Positions 47,701 through 55,200 of a stretch of 61,567 nucleotides of DNA are shown here, piece after piece. Position 1 is the stretch's first letter; each line of letters starts with the position of its first letter. Source of the stretch: a virus (lineage: Duplodnaviria; Caudoviricetes); the IMG/VR virus record IMGVR_UViG_3300030108_005279, positions 1 through 61,567 of that record; one strand, written 5' to 3'. The notes beneath the pieces were generated by a model. It had not been told where the DNA came from. It ran no database searches and was given only the letters and a program-made list of their open reading frames with translations. The translations under genes were made by a program, and so were the position numbers.

Positions 47701-49803
47701 TATATTAATACCAGAACATTTTCCGAATGCGATATTATTATCACCAGTGGTAACCCCGTCTCGCATTGCAAATGCACCTAATGCAATGTTAAAATCTCCT
47801 GTAGAATTCTTACGATTTGCACCACATCCTATAGAAACATTACATGATCCTGAAGTGTTCCATTCAGAGGCACCACGACCTATAAAAACATTTTGATTAC
47901 CTGTATGTGTAGTTTGAGATGCGATATATCTACCTATGAATATATTACATGATCCTGTTGTGTTCTTTTCTCCAGCAAATTTACCAATATTAATATTACT
48001 TACACCAGTAGTGAGACGCTTACCAGCTGCATCACCAATTGCAATATTTTCATTTCCACTTTGAAGACAATATGCAGCACAGCATCCTAAAATAACATTA
48101 TTATCACCAGCACAATTCGTATATCCTGCCTTATATCCCAAGGCAATGTTAAAGCAAGTATCAGCATCAGACGCATTACCTGCAGTTGTTCCTGCATATA
48201 AGTTCTCTTGTGAGTCTGGTTCGAATCCACCTAAAGAACTACCATCTGCTTTCGCAAAGTTTGCTGCGGTGATGACTCCAGTTACACATGCACCACCTGC
48301 GACAGTTAATCTTGAATGTATCGTTGTAGTTCCAATACCCACATTAAAGTCAGAATTACCACTAATCCAAAATTTAGTATGGACACCAATTCCAAGTTGA
48401 CAATTATCAGTCGCACTTGGAAGATTAAAACTATATGTACCTATTGCAATATTCTTACCACCAGTTGAAACATTACCTCCTGCACTCCTTCCTAAGAAAA
48501 TGTTACAACCACCTGAAGTGATCTCTACACCAGCATAAGCACCCATAACAACGTTATCGGATCCTGTAATCGTTTCATTAATTCCTGCTCCTCTACCAAT
48601 GAATACATTATTTTCTGCAGATGTAATTCCTTTTGATGCTTTAAAACCAATCGCAATGTTATGCTGTCCGGTATTAACACCAAGTCCTAAGGCACATTCA
48701 CCCATTGCAATATTATTAAATCCAGATGTTGAATTTTGAAGAGATAATTTACCTAACGCGATATTATTGGCACCTGTTACTGTACCATCATTCATTGCAA
48801 GGTAACCAATTCCTATGTTACAACTTCCTGTGGTTAAATCACTACCAGCATTTGTTCCAAGAAAAACATTACCGATTGCAGTTGTGAAATTTTTACTTGC
48901 ATAACGTCCAATCGCAACGTTAAATGTACCTGAAATAGTTCCTGATGATGCACCAGAACCTGCACACATTCCAATTCCTATATTACAATTACCAGTTACA
49001 TATTGCGCCGCTCTTCTACCAATCGCAACACGATCACTACCAGTGGTGGCAGTTTGCATAGTTCCCTCACCTAATGCAACATTAAAACCACCATCTACAT
49101 TACATCTAAGAGCATATGCACCGATTGATACATTCTTATTTCCAGAGGTTAAACATCTGGAAGCGTACGTACCTAACATGACATTATGATCACCTGAGTT
49201 TAAGTTCGGTGCAGCTTTAAATCCTAAACCAATGTTGAAACAAGTATCAGCATCAGAAGAATTACCAGTATTACATCCTGCATATAAGTTCTCTTGTGAG
49301 TCTGCTGAGAATCCAGGAAGATTACTTAGTGCCGAACCATCACCAGTAAGTGTAGTAGCAGATAGAACACCTACCACCTTCACACCAGTGTTCATCGTCT
49401 CTAATTTTTTACTTGCGTCATAATATAATTCGACTGCTCCGTCTTGATTCGCGATGATCATGTTTTCATGATCAATACGACCACCCTTAATACTTACAAC
49501 AGTTCCATGAATAGCTAAAGGTCCGCCTGAAAAATCAGCATCGTTACCTATCTGTGAGGCAGTGATGACACCTGTAATATTAATGTTAGGAAAAGTTGAG
49601 ATACCATTAGTGACATTTATCCCACCGTTTGTGACTCTTAATCCATTTCCTGCTGTTATTATTCCTACTGAATCTATATTTGTTACGTCTTCATAAGTTA
49701 ATGTACCACCAATCGTGACGTTTCCCGTAAATGTCGCCGCCGCACCGCTTACTATATTTCTACTATCATCAATAATAGTAGAGCCTGATATCTTAATTGC
49801 CAT
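38701..49803 (-). CDS. Giant (3700 aa) modular Cys-rich tail fibre/adhesin with YadA-head-like NxAIG repeats
   Basis: MAIKISGSTIIDDSRN start; many N(I/V)(A/F)(I/L)GxxAG units; seven NFAKADGSSLGG junctions; GPYTINTGVTFTIGSGSTFTII end; TATAAATA at 49842-49849. Confidence 0.8.
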   Translation of the reverse strand: MAIKISGSTIIDDSRNIVSGAAATFTGNVTIGGTLTYEDVTNIDSVGIITAGNGLRVTNGGINVTNGISTFPNINITGVITASQIGNDADFSGGPLAIHGTVVSIKGGRIDHENMIIANQDGAVELYYDASKKLETMNTGVKVVGVLSATTLTGDGSALSNLPGFSADSQENLYAGCNTGNSSDADTCFNIGLGFKAAPNLNSGDHNVMLGTYASRCLTSGNKNVSIGAYALRCNVDGGFNVALGEGTMQTATTGSDRVAIGRRAAQYVTGNCNIGIGMCAGSGASSGTISGTFNVAIGRYASKNFTTAIGNVFLGTNAGSDLTTGSCNIGIGYLAMNDGTVTGANNIALGKLSLQNSTSGFNNIAMGECALGLGVNTGQHNIAIGFKASKGITSAENNVFIGRGAGINETITGSDNVVMGAYAGVEITSGGCNIFLGRSAGGNVSTGGKNIAIGTYSFNLPSATDNCQLGIGVHTKFWISGNSDFNVGIGTTTIHSRLTVAGGACVTGVITAANFAKADGSSLGGFEPDSQENLYAGTTAGNASDADTCFNIALGYKAGYTNCAGDNNVILGCCAAYCLQSGNENIAIGDAAGKRLTTGVSNINIGKFAGEKNTTGSCNIFIGRYIASQTTHTGNQNVFIGRGASEWNTSGSCNVSIGCGANRKNSTGDFNIALGAFAMRDGVTTGDNNIAFGKCSGINISSGEDNVFIGCLAGSTATTTGKSIAIGKGAFSSGTGIDVVALGQYAGQNTAVHNSVYIGVYAGRCRCAYSEIAIGCHALQGSSTVSSNSGAHNVALGSEALRCGTSGAANIAIGEYAGKRGATAFSNVFIGRRSGCGCENHSAGANAFVGQASGRNITTGRFNVMMGYYTGQDITTGYNNVFLGSYAGCTTTTGCGNIAIGRCVKLPSITGHCQLAIGYETNRWITGTSDFMVGIGTTNPSSRLSVAGDACVSGVITATNFAKADGSSLGGFEPDSKENLFAGTCAGNNLGSSGCENVLLGNCSGCDLTYGDRNLIIGTQAGKSVDGACDSIYIGKLVGSANTASNTGCANLVIGVCAGYHLTTGNKNVFIGIDAGHQSSVGCMNVMIGMNAGKCSQTGCCQIFIGNSAGMKNRGLRAIAIGEHAGMGGADGVYFQDIIAIGRYAGKCAISGGCNTFVGRDAGRDVTTGTKNSFVGDQAGAFNAITGNQNQGFGYLAGGTGGTTGCYNSMFGPRAGNICSGDANIIMGFCAGWCGSITGDDNIAIGRCSSHLLSSGTNNISIGCLSLGSADVTGDSNITIGTCAGKSLTSGSSNILIGHGATVPSATGDHQLAIGVAATSWITGTSDFMVGIGTTNPSSRLSIAGDACVSGVITAANFAKADGSSLGGFSQDSQGNLIAGTGAGAAADSDTCFNIMLGCNAGAALNAGDQNILIGCQAGDSITSGGYNIAIGDRTGCSNSTGSRNITIGGRAGNKVTGADNLLLGHEAGAYICAGAANIILGECSGSGVTSGSCNVILGTRTMYSGNGSENIIIGKNAAYCSTSITKSIFIGTCAGKCIKGNYNIALGLCSLLGSSTVSDNTGQTNIAIGMDAMFTISSGSSNIALGCMAANKLSTGGCNVAIGHKAMQCGVTTGGCNTAIGYFSLRKVTSGKSNIAIGKNIAQNLTTACCNIFMGTFTASLGTVTGDHNIGLGAVSFQNLTSGSYNVAIGRYSFGTGTTTGDKNIGIGCRAALNITSGKDNIFLGTCAGNTTTTGFNNIAIGCNVELPSATGNDQLAVGAGNTNWISGNCDFNVGIGTTNPSSRLSVAGDACVSGVITATNFAKADGSSLGGFSQDSEGNLIAGTGAGAAADSDTCFNIMLGCNSGAALNSGDHNVLLGHSAGNAMTSGSCNVAIGVYAMSDGTVTGARNVAIGKHAGRCTTSGSDNIRIGLEAGQHTTDSSANVNIGRETGKYSTGDNNVIIGCGSASKSGFTGSGTIAIGHKAAACAVMTGDNNILLGCNAGNAMTSGHNNIAMGRRAGCCITTGDYNTVFGLNAGRKLQGANSNAFMGYYAGECHESGDGNVYIGEMAGQQDTCGVKNIAIGGFAMGACAGNSSSRQHNIVMGCRAAGCLTTGSKNLVLGYLAGDHMLTGSSNVYLGDYTGGFAIGHANVFIGKYAGKGSSTASNNTGVCNIAIGRKALEAFTSGGFNVAIGNAAMSSAAVTGSSNVAIGCAAGKCSVSGECNIFMGTSAGHCLISGNGNIFMGRYAGKLRCTGGFNIALGQCALQGGTFSSNTGTLNISIGYQSGHTVTTGTQNIFIGSYTGSTTTTGDNNTLIGRAVCASSATSSTQLAIGCGSNRWICGDSSYNVCLAGSTIKAMNSGGIFIATKFCGDGSCLTGISAGGSSPFVSTDVGIHTLSCVGIGTTNPAAKLHVSTGTATTDTVAFNVEGSEGQLFSVTNNLSSGSIFAVNDISGIPSFDVNADGTIQVAPFGAGELVGIGTTNPSSKVHLVGDALVVGVITATNFAKADGSSLGGFSADADENLVAGTQAGANLDGSSGCFNLFLGACSGKAVTSGYQNIILGGCNAGCSNQTGNRNIVIGGLRPASQNTDIGDRNVIMGTEAGCSINGGDDNVFLGSYAAANATVTGHKNVIMGLHAGKNMTSACCNIVIGDCAACQSTFTGKDNVILGNHAGQEIAGGGCNVLIGCRAGKEISGGTHNIVLGTCGGYKLASSTDSIFIGQCAGKNNTSGSRNIAFGSCSLGNGTVTGSDNITIGLKAGKGTTSGEENIFIGKYAGVNNTITGGSNVVLGSSAGQSITSGSFNVILGRASGAAVNSGSNNVIIGCNVNPAITNGNCQLAIGKYNNHWIDGNSEFMVGIGTTNPSSRLSVAGDACVSGVITATNFAKADGSSLGGFSQDSEANLVAGDGAGAALDSDSCFNILLGCNAGKSINAGDRNIILGDKAGEFTTSGKTNIFGGYAAAKCNTSGCYNVIFGLSAGQCGAAGNRRIFLGQGAGFKSCGDSNIAIGFYAGCQVTTGSENIAIGSNSLRCAAVTGSNNITLGAYSLKCLTSGNKNIALGSYALEKCTTSSSCNIAIGEKAGRCVSGDRNIAIGCNAMNCSAGDDNIAIGNITMKCLSSGERNIAIGKYTMQCITTGDKNVGLGHCALALATFTGDQNVAIGMYAGQKATSASYNNIMGSVAGQCITTGCFNIFFGNAAGRNNTTGSRNIAIGCAVCLPSATGDTQLAVGAGTTMWVTGDNSFNVGIGTTTLLSKLTVAGGACVTGVITAANFAKADGSSLGGLSADADLNLFASNTCSGCNLDGSNGCSNIFFGSCAGKAMTSGACNIFLGRYAGQNATEATRSIAIGHKAIGTGVATCFLNIAIGNCALLSLTSARDNVVVGSSSGCDITQGELNAIFGHEAGMQLSTQTQNTLIGSFAGRFAASGGNTIVGSNAARCMTTGEGNIAIGLCAFRGDNASAGTGDNNVVIGKQAVINAYGAHSNVILGFYAGYCICSGSNNIAIGKCAMRGTSAITGSLNITIGHKAGCKLTSGSCNAVLGTYAGQCLTSGTCNVFIGTNAGFCNCSATGNVFLGTAAGKCTTSGACNTFLGFYTSKNNTTGCFNVSIGSGVDVASATGSKQLAIGCNTGRWVTGDSNFKVGISSNITAPRAELEVAGSVHANRFFQNPTSLDTTTSFPADGGAAVNGGVFGPYTINTGVTFTIGSGSTFTII

Positions 49804-49844
49804 TTAATTACCGTCTTCGTGTAGCACTAGGTAGTTTTTTATAT

Positions 49845-50573
49845 TTATAATTCAAATCTCCCCTTGAGTGCTAAAAAATTTCTTTTTGCCTCAACAGCAG
49901 ATAAAGCCTTTCTGTAAGTGCGACATAATGCAAAATCACAATTCATTGCTTTCATCGTATTTGTACCTCTACCACCTATTCTCCAGTCATATGTGGAACC
50001 TGTTTTTAAAGACGCATCAGTAAACCCTGCTTGACTAATAGTCTGCACTAAAACACCATCTACATAAATTTTTCCTGATGTACTAGTCGCGTTTACCCAA
50101 TCAGCACTAAAGACGAAATGTTTCCATTCATTTCTTTTACAATCAAATGAAACATGTCTATGAGTACTACCATTATATAAATTCATTCCCATTTGTCCTG
50201 AGGTCGTGCCATCTCTATTTCTTATAGTGTAAGGATAACCTCCGGATCCATATAAATCAATCAACCATTTTTCACTATCACTCGCTGAGTTTTTATTTTT
50301 AAACCAAAATTCAATGCTATAATTTTGTGTTTTTTCAAAATTAGTGACATCATCAATCATGTCAGTATATCCTATGGTATCATTTGAACCATCCAAAGTC
50401 AAAAAACCATTATATTGAGGACTAAAAGTTGGACCATTATATAATGTCATATCATTCGATTCAATCTGATCAAATAATGTTGTTCCTGATTCAGGATAAC
50501 TTTTTGTATTACCAACATCAACACTTAATGCGAGACCATCTTTAACTAAATTCGGACCTGCTGAACATGCCAT
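49845..50573 (-). CDS. LamG/concanavalin A-like domain protein
   Basis: DGLALSVDVGNTKSY...LDGSND...SIEFWFK...WKHFV...IYVDG...YRKALSA.E. Confidence 0.8.
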   Translation of the reverse strand: MACSAGPNLVKDGLALSVDVGNTKSYPESGTTLFDQIESNDMTLYNGPTFSPQYNGFLTLDGSNDTIGYTDMIDDVTNFEKTQNYSIEFWFKNKNSASDSEKWLIDLYGSGGYPYTIRNRDGTTSGQMGMNLYNGSTHRHVSFDCKRNEWKHFVFSADWVNATSTSGKIYVDGVLVQTISQAGFTDASLKTGSTYDWRIGGRGTNTMKAMNCDFALCRTYRKALSAVEAKRNFLALKGRFEL

Positions 50574-50575
50574 GT

Positions 50576-50824
50576 TTATGCTCCACTTGTATCGTCAGAA
50601 CTCCAATCATCTCCATTCAAAATTGTCAAAATTTGAGAGTGATCATAAGTTCCTTCAGTATTAGAAAGACTTGAGATAAAAGATGGATCATCACCATCCC
50701 ACTTTATAAATGTTTTTGTTTCATCCACAGATTTTCTGAGAGTTGCTTCTGATGTTTCACAAACCTGTGAAAAATCAACCTTTGAAACTTCTGATACTGG
50801 AATAATAAGATATTTTCTTGACAT
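50576..50824 (-). CDS. Hypothetical protein, 82 aa
   Basis: VDFSQV.ETS..TLRKSVD.TKTFIKW; TATAAATA at 50834-50841. Confidence 0.7.
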   Translation of the reverse strand: MSRKYLIIPVSEVSKVDFSQVCETSEATLRKSVDETKTFIKWDGDDPSFISSLSNTEGTYDHSQILTILNGDDWSSDDTSGA

Positions 50825-50845
50825 TTTTTTAATTATTTATAAGCA

Positions 50846-51607
50846 TCACACATATCTTCCTTTATGTGCATTATAGTTTTGTAAAACTTCTGCTGCCGTC
50901 AACGCTCTTCTATACACGGAGAACTGTGATAACTGTCCATCTAACCAAGTTTGAGAATCACCAGAATCTACAAATGAAATAGAAAAATTATCACTCGATG
51001 TTTTTATTCCCCCTATACTAGCATTATATAATGCTTCCTGCTGACCATTTAAGTAAGTATAATACTTATTATTCGTCGTATCCAAAACCACACATATATT
51101 ATGCCAAGTATTTGTAGTATTGTTACCAAAAACATTATCGGCAGTAGTCCATCTATGTTCCGTATTTGAATTATTAGTTACCAATACTGTTAATACATTA
51201 GTAGTTCCTCCACCAACATCACTGGCACCAGTATTTGATCTGGAAACCGTAGATTTATCATACCACAAAATTAATGGTTGAAAACCCGTTTTTCTTGGAT
51301 GTGTAATAATATTATTATCCCTACTATCATCATGTAATTGCAACCAAATATTAAAACTACAATCTTTTTGTTGTATTTCCGAATTTATACGCTGGTTAAA
51401 TTGTAGATAATCATCAGTACCATCGAAAACAATACTACCTTGATTTTCTGTGTTAAAAGTGGGTCCGTTAACTAGTGTTGCATAAGTGCCTTTCAAACCA
51501 ATATCAGTCCACGTAGTTCCACTACCAGAGTATGATTTTGTATTTGCTGCATCAAGACAAACAGCAAGTCCATCAGTAACTATATTTGGAGATTGAAATA
51601 ATGCCAT
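50846..51607 (-). CDS. LamG/concanavalin A-like domain protein
   Basis: DGLAVCLDAANTKSYSGSGTTW...FDGTDDY...WHNICV...YRRALTAAEVLQNYNA. Confidence 0.82.
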   Translation of the reverse strand: MALFQSPNIVTDGLAVCLDAANTKSYSGSGTTWTDIGLKGTYATLVNGPTFNTENQGSIVFDGTDDYLQFNQRINSEIQQKDCSFNIWLQLHDDSRDNNIITHPRKTGFQPLILWYDKSTVSRSNTGASDVGGGTTNVLTVLVTNNSNTEHRWTTADNVFGNNTTNTWHNICVVLDTTNNKYYTYLNGQQEALYNASIGGIKTSSDNFSISFVDSGDSQTWLDGQLSQFSVYRRALTAAEVLQNYNAHKGRYV

Positions 51608-52263
51608 TACACATACCTGCCTTTGAGTGCATTATAATTTTGTAAAACTTCTGCTGATGTCAGTGCTTTATCATAAATCGCCACTATAGATATTCTACTA
51701 TGAGATAATTCTGCAGAACCAGCTACTGGTCTTGGATCACCTCCTATAAAGAAATCTTTTGATGGTTTAGTAATGCTTGATGTTTGAGTAGCAACTGAAA
51801 TACCATTTTTATAATAAGTAAATGATGTCCCATTTTTAGTTATGCAAATATTTTGCCAAATATTAGCTGTCATTGATGGACCAAAATTATCACTGTAATA
51901 TTCAAACGTATTAGTGGTCAGTTTTGTAAAATTTAAATCATTGCCACGATTCCCCAATATTAATTCATCATTTTCTCCCACAGCAAAAGGATATACCCAA
52001 ACATACCAAGTAAATGAAGTTGAGGTTGAGTATGCGGGTTGAGAATATGATGAAAATGATGTGTAGTCATTAGTACCATCAAATAATAAATATCCCAAAT
52101 TATCACCACTAAATGTAGGTCCGTTCGTTAATGTCCCATCAATGCTTGTTCCAATCAAATTTTTCCAGTTAGTTCCACTACCAGAATAAGACTTTGGATT
52201 AGCAGCATCTAAACATAATACAAGTCCATCAGAAACTATATTTGGATTGTAAATAGTTGCCAT
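51607..52263 (-). CDS. LamG/concanavalin A-like domain protein
   Basis: DGLVLCLDAANPKSYSGSGTNW...FDGTNDY...WQNICIT...YDKALTSAEVLQNYNA. Confidence 0.82.
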   Translation of the reverse strand: MATIYNPNIVSDGLVLCLDAANPKSYSGSGTNWKNLIGTSIDGTLTNGPTFSGDNLGYLLFDGTNDYTSFSSYSQPAYSTSTSFTWYVWVYPFAVGENDELILGNRGNDLNFTKLTTNTFEYYSDNFGPSMTANIWQNICITKNGTSFTYYKNGISVATQTSSITKPSKDFFIGGDPRPVAGSAELSHSRISIVAIYDKALTSAEVLQNYNALKGRYV

Positions 52264-52264
52264 A

Positions 52265-55200
52265 TCATTCTAATTTTGAAATACGCTCGCTAAGAGTATC
52301 TATCTGTTTTTGTTGATCCTTCACAACCTCAATCAACAGACCGACTAAACCATTATAGTTTACAGTCTTCGGATCATCTCCGTGAACAAGTTGTGGAAGT
52401 ATCTTCTCAACCTGATCGGCAATGACTCCAAGTGCAGGTTTATCATCTTTCTTCCAGTTGAATGATACACCTTCAATTTGTATAACCTTAGAGATAGGAT
52501 CATCAATTGGTTTGATATTAGTCTTGTATCTAATATCAGAAGTTGAATTAAAGTTTGGTGCGGAAACATCACCAGCAGCAGTCAGAGAAGTTCCATTAAG
52601 TAACTGTAAACTATCACTACGGAATTCTGCGGTTACAGTTTCAGATCCAGCTTTAATATTTTTAATTTGAAGAGTACCATCTTCAGTGCCATCTGTTACA
52701 TCTGCTGTTATACCTGCTAACTGTACATAATTAAGTTGGTTACCAGCACTATCACTTCCATTAAACTTAAGAATTCCAAGGAAGTCATCATCAGCTGGTG
52801 AACCATCATCTCTTATGAGATTTATTGTAGGACCAACAGCAGCACTTGATTCAGTCGAACAAACTGTTAAAGTCGCGCTATTTGCTCCATGAGGTTTGAT
52901 TACAACAAGACCTCTGCTGATTGTTGTAGATCCATCACTACCTCCTAAAAATGCAGGATTAGCAGCAAATGTAGTAACACCCGTGACACATGCATCACCT
53001 GTTACAGTTAATCTGGAGGTTGGATTAGTTGTAGATCCAATACCAACATTGAAGTCGGAATTACCCACAATCCAGCGATTTGTATCTTTACCAATTGCAA
53101 GTTGACAACCACCAGTAGCGGATAGAGGATTAACAGATGCACCAATAATAATATTAGAACATCCAGATGTAACCGTGCATCCAGCATATTTTCCTAAGAA
53201 GACATTATCATCACCAGATGATAAATTAAGACCTGATCGTCTACCAATTATAACGTTATCATCACCAGAGAGTGGTCCAGTATTAACTGTGCAATTACCC
53301 AAGATAATGTTGAATCGACCAGTGGTCATTCTATAACCAGCACAGTGTCCAACAGCTATATTTCTATTTGCACTGCTTGAAACATATCCACCAGCAGCGT
53401 CTCCAATAAAGACGTTTAAGTAAGCGTCAGTGGACTGAGCACCAGCAAAATTTCCAAGGAAGATATTAGTATTACCACTTGTTATAGTGTTTCCTGCCAA
53501 ACAACCGATAGATATGTTGCCACTAGCAGTAAGAGTACCTGAACCTAATGACTGTTTTCCAATCGCAATATTACAAGCACCCTCTGTCATATTAGCAGCA
53601 GCGTTGCAACCCATGGCAATATTATTACCACCACTTGTGATTGCATTACCTGCCTTGTGACCCATTAAAACGTTGTAACAAGCAAAATTTCCATTAAGAT
53701 TTGCACCAGCACTATATCCAATACCAATGTTGAAACAAGTATTAGTGCTACTATCTTCACCAGAACTTGTTCCTGCATATAAGTTTTCATTTGAGTCTGG
53801 TTCGAATCCACCAAGTGAACTACCGTCTGCCTTGGCAAAGTTTGATGCTGTAATGACACCACTAACACAAGCATCACCTGTTACGGTTAATCTGGAGGTT
53901 GGATTAGTTGTAGATCCAATACCAACATTGAAGTCAGAGTTACCTACAATCCAACGACTTGTGCAAGTACCAATCGCTAATTGATCACTACCAGTTGCTG
54001 AAGGAGGTGATACATACGCACCAATGGAAACGTTACGATGTCCAGTTGTAACACATCTACCTGCTGCAGATCCCAAAGATACATTTCTACCACCTGATGA
54101 AATTGAACAACCAGCAGAAGGTCCGAACAATGCGTTATTACTACCTGAAGAGATTTTATTACCACTGTATTGACCAATTGTTACATTACGATTACCTGAG
54201 GTATCACTTCCACTTGAATTGGCTCCAAGAGATGCTTTTCCCATAGCAACATTATAAGAACCATCTGCAGAACCACTACCAGAAATATGCCTACCTGCTA
54301 AGGCACCCAACATTATATTGGCATGTCCGTTTACAAGTCCTTTACCCGCGTAATTTCCAATCGCGATGTTGCAGTTACCTATACCACCACTGCTACCTCC
54401 CAAAAGTGCATGGAATCCAATAGCAATATTGCAATTATTCTGTAATTTTCTTCCTGCAAGTTGTCCAATTGCAATATTATGTAAACCTGTTGACAAACAA
54501 CATTGTAGAGTGTATGCACCAAGTGCAATGTTACCTGAACCAGATGTAATGCATTTTGAAGAATATGCTCCCAGTGCAACGTTATTATTTCCTGTCACTG
54601 CTGCACAATCCATTGTAAATTTACCTAATACAATGTTTCGTGATCCACTTGTTAACAACTTAGCAGAATTAGTGCCTAATAAAATATTATTTTCACCAGT
54701 ATTATCTGTTGTTGTGCCACTACCACATCCTGCCATACATCCTATGGCAATATTATTATTACAAATTAAACCAACACCTGAGTAATTTCCTATAAAGACG
54801 TTACAACTTCCATCAGCAATACACGTTCCTGCACACATTCCAATGAGAGTATTTCTATTTCCACCAGTTGCACATTTTCCTGAGTGAGTTCCCAATATGA
54901 CGTTATGATCACCAGAGTCTAATCTCTTACCTGCAGCACAACCCATTATAATGTTGAATTGTGTATCAGAGTCAGCACATGCTCCAGCCTGTAAACCAGC
55001 AATTAAATTACATTGTGCGTCTTGAGAGAATCCACCACTGATTGCGATGGTTGCAATTCCTGCTGCACCACTTGTTGCAGTAACAGTGACACCAGTAGAA
55101 CCATTAAAATCAAGAGTGGAAATGCTTCCTCCAGTTCCTACTACAGATCCACTCTGATTTTTAACAGTCAGACCACCAATCGCACCGATTCCTGTTGCTG

